Notes under the pieces: model-generated
Databases searched by the model: none
Told to the model about the DNA's origin: nothing
What the model saw: the letters and a program-made list of their open reading frames with translations, nothing else
From: Acidobacteriota bacterium
Lineage (GTDB): Bacteria; Acidobacteriota; Vicinamibacteria; Vicinamibacterales; SCN-69-37
Length of the DNA: 64,000 nt
Assembly (NCBI GenBank): GCA_009694745.1
Contig: SHUF01000001.1
Coordinates: 80,397-144,396, forward strand
Reading direction: 5' to 3'
Part shown: positions 38,203 through 46,112 of the stretch, piece after piece
Numbering within the stretch: the first letter of the stretch is position 1
How the letters are laid out: every line of letters begins with the position of its first letter
Translations under genes and position numbers: made by a program

Positions 38203-38430
38203 TCAGCGCGCGCTCGGCGCCACTCGCTGGTTGGGCCGGCGATTCTTACCGGCGACGCGCCGCAGGGCCTTCCCAATCTTCTTCGACGGAAACGACACCG
38301 TGAGGACAGTGCCAGACGCTTCTTCCCGTCGTAGGGCCGCCACCATGGCATCGACACTGTTCCCGTGTTCGCGCGCGAATGCCTCGCGGTGCTTCCGAAC
38401 CTCTGCCACGATTGGGTCGCGACGCGTCAT
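38203..38430 (-). CDS. small protein downstream of the PIN gene (putative cognate antitoxin)
   Basis: The start was moved to MTRRDPIVAEVRKHREAFAREHGN, giving an ATGA overlap with the PIN-gene stop. 75 aa with a basic C-terminal tail. Confidence 0.45.
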   Translation of the reverse strand: MTRRDPIVAEVRKHREAFAREHGNSVDAMVAALRREEASGTVLTVSFPSKKIGKALRRVAGKNRRPNQRVAPSAR

Positions 38431-38903
38431 GACGGGACCTCCATCAATTCCTCGGGTGTACAAATCTGTGGCGGCCGCAGGCCAGCCCGACGACATGCCT
38501 CCTCAATTTTGCCACGAATGACGGCATTGGCGAGATGCCGCAGGTTCCACGTCAAGAGGTAGTCCATGCCGTTTTCGGCGGCGATCGCCACATGGACGGC
38601 ATCGACCTTGGCTTTCGTCGGCAGGGCGCCTGCGCTCAGGAGAGTCGTCGCGAGCGCCGCCACGCCTCGTCCAGCCGACAGCCTTGGAATGCCACGCAGC
38701 GCCTCCAGCCGGCGTGCCGCTGCTGCCGGGTTGCCACGACCGGCTTCAATCAGTACGACGCCGGAAACAAATATGTCGAACCGCGCGCGACCCGCCCACC
38801 ACTCCCGGGTCACCTTCTGGTGTGCTGCTTGAATGATGTCGTCTGTTGGCGAGGCGACCAAGTAGCTCACGATCGTAGTCTCCACGTAGACCGTCGGCTT
38901 CAT
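38427..38903 (-). CDS. PIN-domain (VapC-like) toxin
   Basis: The start was moved to MKPTVYVETTIVSY (the Glu stands at the first acidic position). DAVHVAIAAENGMDYLLTWNLRHLAN is a typical PIN C-terminal acidic motif. 158 aa. Confidence 0.65.
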   Translation of the reverse strand: MKPTVYVETTIVSYLVASPTDDIIQAAHQKVTREWWAGRARFDIFVSGVVLIEAGRGNPAAAARRLEALRGIPRLSAGRGVAALATTLLSAGALPTKAKVDAVHVAIAAENGMDYLLTWNLRHLANAVIRGKIEEACRRAGLRPPQICTPEELMEVPS

Positions 38904-39139
38904 CGCTTGAACCTCATGCCTCGCCGTTCGCTTGCATGATTTGGGCCAGGTGCCTGGCGCCGCCGCACGCGCCATTCCTTGACGACGCGTCGGCGAGGCG
39001 GGAACGAGGGACCCGGAAGGGTCGGAACTGGCAACCAGGGTTGACCATCCGCGACCGTGAGGCGAGCGAGCCTGATTGCGGTCGCGCTCGGAGTGGAACA
39101 AAATTCGGCCGCTGCTTCGGCGACCGACGGGTCGGTCGG

Positions 39140-40182
39140 CTACTTCAGCGCCGTGATCGCCGGATAGTTCAGCAAGAATGCGCGGCGCTGGTCCGCGAAG
39201 GTCTTGAGGCTCATCCTCGTGACCGGACCTTGCGCGCCCTTGGTTTCATAGTCGCGCGCCACGAGTGCGCGAAACGCGTCGTAGGAGTCGAACTTGCGCG
39301 TGTCGGCCTGCACGTCCCCTTCAATCAGCGCCTGATACTTGAGCGCGAGGGGACCGAGCCGCTGCCAGTCGAGCCAAGTGGTGGCCATCTCCTTCACGTA
39401 CTGCAGATACCGGGTGCGAAGTGCCGGCACGGCCACCAATCGGCTCAGCAGCACTTTGTCAGGCTCGGTGGACCCGATGAACGGATCGAGCTCCGTGCCG
39501 CGCGCCGCTGCGCCGCGAATGTTGGCCGGCGCGTCGAAAAACGCCTCGTTGCCATCGTGCGGGTAGATGTGGAACCGGCCCTTCACGTCCAGATACATGT
39601 TGACGAAGCGCCACGGTTGCGCACGCCGATGTTTTCGAACACCTGGCCGTCCACGGTGAGCCTGGCTGGGAGTTCGATATCGGTGAAGCGGAACTCCTCG
39701 AGTGCTTTCTCCCAGTCCGGGTCCTCAAAGTCGAGGAAGAAGGTTCGCACCGCATCGTGGTCGAACGCGGGCGCGCCTGGAAACGTCCGCACCGAGGCGG
39801 GAGAGACGCTCGGGCCCGGCCGTGTGGGTTCGCCTCCAGTCCGCAGAGCGGGGCGGCCCGACGGACCACGAGCGGCCGCCTCACGGGCGAGCGTTTCACG
39901 CGCGCTCTTGCGCTCACCGGCATTCAGCCAGCCGTTGCCGTCCGCGTCAAAACGGGCCGCCGCCTTTTCCTAAACGGCCATTGTCGCGGCCCACGGCGGG
40001 GCAGGTGGCCGGCCGGCTGGAGGCGCTGTCTGAGGCGGAGCGGCCGGGGGGGGGCACCAGCGCGACCAGCGCGGCAGCGACACCAGCGCGACCAGCGCGG
40101 CAGCGACACCAGCGCTCATGGCGAGGCAGACAACCGCCAGAAGCCTTGAGGATCGTGTGGGCATGGACCGGGATTGTCTCAC
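39140..40182 (-). pseudogene. wrecked CotH-family kinase gene
   Basis: The C-terminal piece (39140..39598) carries NMYLDVKGRFHIYPHDGNEAF. The N-terminal piece is in another frame (to 39969): FDADGNGWLNAGE EF-hand-like, then LTVDGQVFENIGVRNRGASS. The ~200-aa kinase core is missing. An in-frame TAG lies at 39970-39972 between the signal peptide ORF (39973..40164) and the rest. Confidence 0.65.
40046..40115. repeat. G9 homopolymer followed by a 26-bp tandem duplication (2.3 copies)
   Basis: G run at 40046-40054. The unit CACCAGCGCGACCAGCGCGGCAGCGA occurs at 40055-40080 and 40081-40106, with a partial third copy to 40115. It lies in the signal-peptide region of the CotH pseudogene, and the unit length is not a multiple of 3. 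Confidence 0.85.
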
Positions 40183-40206
40183 GAGCCACCATGCCGGTGG
40201 CCTCGC

Positions 40207-41418
40207 TCATCTCACCGGTATCGGGGTGGTGAGCGCGGCGAGCACTTCCTTGTAGAGATACGTTGCGCCCTCGACACCGTTGAGTGGGCCGGCTTCGTAC
40301 TCCAGCGCAAACGTGCCCTTGAATCCGCCCGCGAGCATGATGCGCACGCTGCGCTGCACGTCGTTCTTGTCACCCCACCGGTCCCAGTACTTCGCGTGCA
40401 CGTTGGACGTGGAGTACGGCACCAGAGCCTTGAGGCCGTTGAAGAGCATGTATTCGTGCTCCCAGTTGCAGAAGTCCGGCGTCACGTCGCAGTAGGGATG
40501 GTTGATCGTATCGACCATGATCCGCAGATTCATCGGGTCGGCCGCGAGGCCCCAGTGATTTTCAAACGTGACCTTGATCCCGCGGTCACCCCCGAAGTCG
40601 GCCATCTCCTTGTAGGACTCGATGGCCGCATCCAGCAACGGCACAAGATCGAGGTTGCGCGGATACCCATCGGCGCTCCGGGGAATGGCATTCGGGCGAA
40701 TGGACGGGCCCAGCGCCTGCGGTGAGTTCATCCGCATCGAGACCACGCCCAGCACGGCGCAGCCCTCGAGCCACCGCTTAGCCATCGCCACGCCGGCCTT
40801 GCGGCGCGCATCGGCCTCTGGCGACCCGAAGTCGGCGAGCGCGAACGGCGCGTTATTCGAGATGTGCTGCACTTTCGTGCCCGTCTTCACGAGTGTGTTG
40901 GCCAGGCGGTCCAGCCACTTGCGCCCCGATGCGCTCATGGGATCGAAGCCAGCGCCGCCACCCCCACCGTCGGCGGCCGTGATGAACATGGTGTCGTCCG
41001 TGACATCGCCGAACAGGCCCGAGAAAATATCCATCTTCCGCACACCAGGAAACCGATCCTTCACGAACTGCGGAAAGTCGAGCATCGTGATCTCGCCGTA
41101 CCGCTGCTTCATCTCGGCGGTGGTCGTGCGATCGCGATTCTCCGGCACGGCCGGAATGCCTTGGGCGGCAACTGGAGGCACGGCGGCGCCTCGTCCTGCG
41201 CCGCCTGCCCTGCCAGCAGCAGCACGCGTCTTGAAGAGGCTGCGGATGGGCCATGAGCACCCGGCGATGCGGTCCCACCGTGCCTTCTCGTCCAGCGCCT
41301 GGGCCTGCAGCCGTTCGCCCGGCGTCATCGTCGCCGGCGCCGCCGTCGCCGCCGTGAGGCCCGCGCCAGCCGCCTTGAGGAAGTCTCGTCTGTCCATGCG
41401 CGCCATTCTCTGCCGCAT
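40207..41418 (-). CDS. Tat-exported sugar-phosphate isomerase/epimerase (xylose-isomerase-like TIM barrel)
   Basis: Twin-arginine leader MDRRDFLKAAGAGL and a TIM-barrel-like C-terminal part (FENHWG...). Start is uncertain (ATG 41418, 41406 or 41397; the ORF opens at TTG 41433). Confidence 0.6.
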   Translation of the reverse strand: MRQRMARMDRRDFLKAAGAGLTAATAAPATMTPGERLQAQALDEKARWDRIAGCSWPIRSLFKTRAAAGRAGGAGRGAAVPPVAAQGIPAVPENRDRTTTAEMKQRYGEITMLDFPQFVKDRFPGVRKMDIFSGLFGDVTDDTMFITAADGGGGGAGFDPMSASGRKWLDRLANTLVKTGTKVQHISNNAPFALADFGSPEADARRKAGVAMAKRWLEGCAVLGVVSMRMNSPQALGPSIRPNAIPRSADGYPRNLDLVPLLDAAIESYKEMADFGGDRGIKVTFENHWGLAADPMNLRIMVDTINHPYCDVTPDFCNWEHEYMLFNGLKALVPYSTSNVHAKYWDRWGDKNDVQRSVRIMLAGGFKGTFALEYEAGPLNGVEGATYLYKEVLAALTTPIPVR

Positions 41419-41441
41419 GGCCGATGCGGTCAACGGTGCGA

Positions 41442-41447
41442 TAGAAT
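41442..41447 (+). promoter_or_regulatory. -10 box TAGAAT, 9 nt upstream of ATG 41457
   Basis: Plus strand reads GATAGAATCCGCGCGACATG. No SD is present. Confidence 0.35.
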
Positions 41448-41456
41448 CCGCGCGAC

Positions 41457-42620
41457 ATGTCCACGGCCGTCAATATCGCCGACCTGCGCCTGGCCGCGAA
41501 GAAGCGGCTGCCCCGTGTGGTGTTTGACTACATCGACGGCGGCGCTGACGCGGAGATTACCCTGCGCGAAAACAGCCGGGCCTTTGAGGACGTGGCCTTG
41601 CGTCCACGGTCCGCCGTCGCCACTTCCCACTGCGACCTCTCGACCACCGTCCTTGGTACAAGGCTCGACCTGCCGTTTCTGCTGGCGCCGGTCGGCAGCA
41701 GCCGCATGTTTTATCCGAGCGGCGAGGAGGTGGCCGCACGTGCCGCCGGCGACAACGGCACCGCATACATTCTCTCTACGCTTTCGGGTTGCCACGTGCG
41801 AGACGTCAAGGGCGCCACTCGCGGGCCCGTGTGGTTTCAGCTCTACCTGGTGGGCGGACGCGACGTGGCGATGGGCGGCATCAAACGCGCAAAGTCGGCC
41901 GGGTGCTCGGCGCTGGTGGTCACCATCGATACGCCGGTGGCCGGCATGCGGGAACGCGACTTGCGCAACGGGATGAAGCCGCTCCTCTCCGGCAAGCCGT
42001 TCGCGATGCTCCCACACCTTGGCCAATTCCTTGTCAAGCCGCGCTGGCTCGCGGCGTACCTTCGCGACGGCGGCCTGATGAACTTCCCCAACATCATCCT
42101 GCCGGATGGCCCCATGCCCTACGCCGACGTCGGCGCCGCACTCGAACAATCGATGACCTGCTGGGACGACCTCCGCTGGATTCGCGACGCCTGGGGCGGG
42201 CCGATTGTCGTCAAGGGGGTGCACACAGCGGATGATGCCCGCAGGGCGATCGATGGCGGCGCGTCAGCCGTGGTGGTGTCGAACCATGGCGGACGGCAGT
42301 TGGACGGCGTGGCGGCCACAATTCAAGTGCTGCCCGAAGTCGTGGCGGCGGTGGACGGGCGCGTGGAGGTGCTCCTCGACGGCGGCATCAAGCGCGGCGG
42401 TGATGTGGTGAAGGCGCTGTGCCTGGGCGCACGCGCGGTGCTGATTGGTCGCGCGTACGCGTATGGACTTGGGGCGGCGGGCGGCGCGGGCGTCGCTTGC
42501 GCCATCGACATCCTGCGCACCGATATCGTCCGAACGCTGAAACTGCTCGGAATCGCATCCACCGACGCGCTCGACGAATCGTGTGTCAGCTACCCGGACA
42601 GTTGGCGATCTCGGCCTTGA
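41457..42620 (+). CDS. FMN-dependent alpha-hydroxy acid oxidase/dehydrogenase (LldD/glycolate oxidase family)
   Basis: RLPRVVFDYIDGGADAEITLREN, VVSNHGGRQLD and LDGGIKRGGDVVKAL. Confidence 0.85.
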   Translation: MSTAVNIADLRLAAKKRLPRVVFDYIDGGADAEITLRENSRAFEDVALRPRSAVATSHCDLSTTVLGTRLDLPFLLAPVGSSRMFYPSGEEVAARAAGDNGTAYILSTLSGCHVRDVKGATRGPVWFQLYLVGGRDVAMGGIKRAKSAGCSALVVTIDTPVAGMRERDLRNGMKPLLSGKPFAMLPHLGQFLVKPRWLAAYLRDGGLMNFPNIILPDGPMPYADVGAALEQSMTCWDDLRWIRDAWGGPIVVKGVHTADDARRAIDGGASAVVVSNHGGRQLDGVAATIQVLPEVVAAVDGRVEVLLDGGIKRGGDVVKALCLGARAVLIGRAYAYGLGAAGGAGVACAIDILRTDIVRTLKLLGIASTDALDESCVSYPDSWRSRP

Positions 42621-42685
42621 GGAACAGGCCGAGCTACATTCGCAAGGTATCCGGTACGTAGCTCGGGCTGTTCCTCAAGCCCGAG
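42610..42685. repeat. REP-like long inverted repeat (family A) between convergent genes
   Basis: Arms are CTCGGCCTTGAGGAACAGGCCGAGCTAC (42610-42637) and GTAGCTCGGGCTGTTCCTCAAGCCCGAG (42658-42685), 26/28 complementary. Each arm can also fold on itself (CTCGGCC-N10-GGCCGAG). The left arm contains the stop codon 42618-42620. Confidence 0.8.
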
Positions 42686-42690
42686 AACCC

Positions 42691-44721
42691 CTACCGCCCG
42701 CCGGTCGCCGGCACAGGCTCCAGTTTCCCCACCCACAACCCGCTGTTGAAGTCCGTGAAGAGGATGTGGCCCTTCCACGGCATCGCATTCATCACGAACG
42801 GCGCATTGGCCGTGTAACCTTCCGGGTCGTACGGCTTGAACACGGCAATCTCGCGGCCCTGGTCGTACAGGTTGCCCAGCAACATGCCCGACACATCGAC
42901 GATGCGCACGCCGCCGTCGTAGTAGGCCTGATAGAGGATGTCGTTCTCCACGATGATGTCGTGCGACCCGTAATCCTCCAGGTGATACCGCCCCACCTTG
43001 CGCGGATTCATCGGATCGGTGAAGTCCACAATGTGCGTGTAGCCGCCCGACGTCTGCGCAATGCCGCCTTTGGGCGGCCCGCCGCCGGGTGACGACAACT
43101 GGTAGTTCGTCCCCTCCCACGCACGGCCGCGCCGGCCCATCTCTTCATCGCCGATGAACAGATAGACCTTGCCCGTGGACGACTGCGCGTAGGGATAGAT
43201 CTCATGGCCGCTGTTGATCGGGAACGTCGTGACCAGCTTCGGATTCTTCAGCGTGCCGCCCCACTTGCCATTGCCCACGTCCACGATCACGGTGCCCACA
43301 CCGCCCTGTGCGGAGTACGCAATGCCGTCTCGCACCCACAGATCATGCAGGCGCGCGTTCGGATGCCGGTACTCACTCACATACGTCGGCTTGGCGAGAT
43401 CTTCGGTGTTGATGATCACGTACTTCGATCCGCCCGACACGGCGAACAAGTGATCGTTGGTGGCAAACATGTTGTGCACACCGCCGGTCAGCTCGGTGTC
43501 AAAAGACGATGCGACCTTCGGGTGCGCGGGATCCGCCAGATCGAGCAACACGACGCCGTTCACCCGGTTGGACGCGCCTTCGCGCGACAAGACGGCATAC
43601 CGCGCGTCGGGCGACACCGTCACGTCGTTAATCGTGCGCGCGTCGATCTTGATCGAATCGGTGCGAACGATATTTGTCAGGTCAGTGATGTCGAACACAT
43701 GCGCATACCCATCACCGCCCCAGGTGCCGACGATGCAGTAGTCGCGGCCGTTTTTGCCGGTGTACGGCCAGAGGTCGGAGGTGTGGGTGTCGCGGATGAT
43801 GCCACGGCCGGTCACGGTGAACTGCTGCCGTACGTCACGCTGCGTGACCTCGATGGCCGTGCGCGCGTGCGCGCTGCCGGCCGAGGCCAGGATGTTGAAC
43901 CGGCCCGGGTAATTCGCCACAAACAACCCGTCGTCGATGATGCCGGGGCCGCCCGGCGCCTGCACGGTGTTCCCTTCGGGCGCGGTATAGGTGAAGCTCC
44001 ATGTAATGGGCGCGTCGGTGACGGTTGTACCGTCCGCGCGCTTCGGGGTGCCGACGAGCTTGATGACGTCGCCCGTGCGAAGCGTGGACTCGGTGATGCC
44101 AAGCTGCAGCGTCGCGACCGGATTTGCCGCCACGGTGTGTGCCCTGGTAGCGGACACGCTCTCGGACTCAGCGGTGATGGTGACCGCGCCGGGTTTGACC
44201 CCGGTCACGTTGCCGAAGCGATCGACCGTCGCAACCGCGGGGTCAGACGAGCGCCAGTTGGCGACGAGTCCCGCGCGGTTCGAACCATCGGCGTGCGCGC
44301 CCGATGCTTTGTGCGCGAGCGTGAGGCCCGTGTAGAGGCGACCGGGCTCGGCCGAGACGTCGAGCGTGGCGAGCGCAGGCCAGGCGATGGTCACCGGAAT
44401 CTCGAGGGTCACGGGCGGCGCGCCCATCGCGCCGGCAGCCACGGCCGTGGCCACGACCTTGCCGGCCGCAAACGCGGTGATCTTGCCGTCAGCATACGTG
44501 CCGGCCGTGCGCGGCAGATTGACGCGCACCTGCGCATCGGGAATCGGCTTGCCTCTGGCATCAAAGGCGGTGATCTTGACGGCCACCGACTCGCCGGCGC
44601 GCATGGACACCGTGGCCGGCTCGGCCACCAGTTTCGCCACAGCGATGGGCGGTGCGGTCTGGAGGCCCGCAGCAAGGCAGATGACGAGGCCGAACGTCCA
44701 TGCTAGGTTCATGGGCGTCAT
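42691..44721 (-). CDS. secreted LVIVD-repeat beta-propeller protein with N-terminal Ig-like (Big_2) domains
   Basis: The start was moved to MTPMNLAWTFGLVICLAAG. Big_2-like segments are present (SSDPAVATVDRFGNVTGVKPGAVTITA), as are LVIVD-type repeats (GVGTVIVDVG, GGVRIVDVSG, VVLLDLADP). Confidence 0.7.
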   Translation of the reverse strand: MTPMNLAWTFGLVICLAAGLQTAPPIAVAKLVAEPATVSMRAGESVAVKITAFDARGKPIPDAQVRVNLPRTAGTYADGKITAFAAGKVVATAVAAGAMGAPPVTLEIPVTIAWPALATLDVSAEPGRLYTGLTLAHKASGAHADGSNRAGLVANWRSSDPAVATVDRFGNVTGVKPGAVTITAESESVSATRAHTVAANPVATLQLGITESTLRTGDVIKLVGTPKRADGTTVTDAPITWSFTYTAPEGNTVQAPGGPGIIDDGLFVANYPGRFNILASAGSAHARTAIEVTQRDVRQQFTVTGRGIIRDTHTSDLWPYTGKNGRDYCIVGTWGGDGYAHVFDITDLTNIVRTDSIKIDARTINDVTVSPDARYAVLSREGASNRVNGVVLLDLADPAHPKVASSFDTELTGGVHNMFATNDHLFAVSGGSKYVIINTEDLAKPTYVSEYRHPNARLHDLWVRDGIAYSAQGGVGTVIVDVGNGKWGGTLKNPKLVTTFPINSGHEIYPYAQSSTGKVYLFIGDEEMGRRGRAWEGTNYQLSSPGGGPPKGGIAQTSGGYTHIVDFTDPMNPRKVGRYHLEDYGSHDIIVENDILYQAYYDGGVRIVDVSGMLLGNLYDQGREIAVFKPYDPEGYTANAPFVMNAMPWKGHILFTDFNSGLWVGKLEPVPATGGR

Positions 44722-44754
44722 GATGCCAGACACCTGCAAGGCGGGCAACACAGG

Positions 44755-44787
44755 TCCGGGGGTCCGGGGGTCCGGGGGTCCGGGGGG
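44755..44787 (+). repeat. (TCCGGGGG)x4 tandem octamer / G-quadruplex motif
   Basis: G5-TCC-G5-TCC-G5-TCC-G6, read directly at 44758-44787. It lies between the divergent starts 44721 (-) and about 44816 (+). Confidence 0.9.
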
Positions 44788-44815
44788 CTTGCCCGCCGTA
44801 GCGCGAAGCGCGAAG

Positions 44816-46033
44816 GTGGGTCGTGGAGGCGCTTCGCGCGACTTTCTTAGGTTTCTTGCCGGTGCCGCAATCCTGGGCTCAACCCTGCAGGGCGCACCAT
44901 CCCAAACTGCCCCGAAGCCCACAAACACTTATTGGGTTTATGTCGGCGCCGAATCTGCGGACCTCATCCACCGGATTCGCTTCGGTCCAGAGGGCACGGT
45001 GGTGGAGCGCACCACGACCATCGGCGAACTACCGAATGAGATGGAAGGGCCCCACGGCCTGCAGACGTCGGCTGACGGCAAGTTCCTCTACATGACCACT
45101 GGGCACGGTCGGCCGGACGGCAAGTTGTGGAAGTACGCGTTGGGCGACAAGGGCGACACACTCGTGGGCGAAGGGCTTTCGCTGGGATACTTCCCCGCTT
45201 CGCTCGACCTGACGCCCGACGGCCTCTATTCCATCTCGGTCAACTTCAACCTGCACGGCGACATGGTGCCGTCCACTGTGTCGGTGGTCTTCACGCCGAC
45301 GAACACCGAAGTCGCGCGTATCGTAACGTGCACCATGCCGCACGGAAGCCGCGTGGACCCGAGCGGCACGCGACAGTACTCGACGTGCATGATGGACGAC
45401 CAGCTCGTGGAAATCGACACCCGTACGTTTGAGCTGTCGCGGCGGTTCTCTCTGGCGAAGGGCAAGGAAGGGCCACTGGCGGCCGCGGCCGACGAACACG
45501 CGGGGCACGTGATGCCTGCTGCAACCGGCGCGCCGAAGCCGGTGGTGGACCCGGCCGACGTGGGGTATGCCGGCATGAAACATGACATGACGCCGGCCAG
45601 CTGTTCTCCCACGTGGGCGCAGCCGTCGTTTGATGGACGGAAGATCTTCGTCGCGTGCAACAAGGCCGACGAAATTGTTGAGGTTGACCGCGACAGCTGG
45701 TCGATCACGCGTCGACTGCCAACCGGGCGTGGCGTCTACAACCTGGCCGTCACAGCCGACGGCACGCTGATGGTGGCCACGCTGAAGCAGGGCCACATGG
45801 TGGAGATCTTCGACCTGGCCACCGGCAAGAGCCTAGCCCGCATCAAGACGTCCAACAACATCGCGCACGGCGTGACCGTCAGTCCCGATTCACGGTACGC
45901 GTTTGTGAGCAGCGAAGGCGCCGGCTCGGCGCCGGGCAAGGTGGATGTGATCGATCTGCGCGCGCGGGCCATCGTCGGAACGGTTGCCATCGGCCAACAG
46001 GCCTCCGGGATTACGTTCTGGAAGATGAAATGA
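44816..46033 (+). CDS. secreted YVTN/YncE-like beta-propeller protein
   Basis: From ORF 44366..46033. The upstream part is antisense to the LVIVD gene. I prefer GTG 44816 (VGRGGASRDFLRFLAGAAILG leader), but the start is uncertain. Propeller repeats include PHGLQTSADGKFLYM, VTADGTLMVA and GVTVSPDSRYAFVS. Confidence 0.6.
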   Translation: MGRGGASRDFLRFLAGAAILGSTLQGAPSQTAPKPTNTYWVYVGAESADLIHRIRFGPEGTVVERTTTIGELPNEMEGPHGLQTSADGKFLYMTTGHGRPDGKLWKYALGDKGDTLVGEGLSLGYFPASLDLTPDGLYSISVNFNLHGDMVPSTVSVVFTPTNTEVARIVTCTMPHGSRVDPSGTRQYSTCMMDDQLVEIDTRTFELSRRFSLAKGKEGPLAAAADEHAGHVMPAATGAPKPVVDPADVGYAGMKHDMTPASCSPTWAQPSFDGRKIFVACNKADEIVEVDRDSWSITRRLPTGRGVYNLAVTADGTLMVATLKQGHMVEIFDLATGKSLARIKTSNNIAHGVTVSPDSRYAFVSSEGAGSAPGKVDVIDLRARAIVGTVAIGQQASGITFWKMK

Positions 46034-46041
46034 TCGGACAA

Positions 46042-46066
46042 GTCCAGGGTCCAAGGTCCAGGGTTC
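46042..46066 (+). repeat. heptamer array (family B): GTCCAGG GTCCAAG GTCCAGG GTTC
   Basis: Read directly. It starts 9 nt after the stop at 46031-46033. Confidence 0.85.
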
Positions 46067-46071
46067 GTGGA

Positions 46072-46097
46072 GCCGCGCCGTTTGGCGCGGCGCTTTT
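46072..46097 (+). terminator. rho-independent terminator
   Basis: GCCGCGCC-GTTT-GGCGCGGC followed by GCTTTTG. Confidence 0.65.
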
Positions 46098-46112
46098 GAT
46101 AGGGAGAAACTG

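Noticed and set aside
38936-39973. Long plus-strand ORF (345 aa). Similar long ORFs lie antisense to real genes: 19022..20281, 43204..44706, 55713..57449, 52394..53653, 21719..22972.
   Set aside because: They are Arg/Ala/Gly/Pro-rich translations typical of the antisense frame of high-GC genes. They fully overlap genes (or gene remnants) with clear motifs, and no motifs of their own were recognised.
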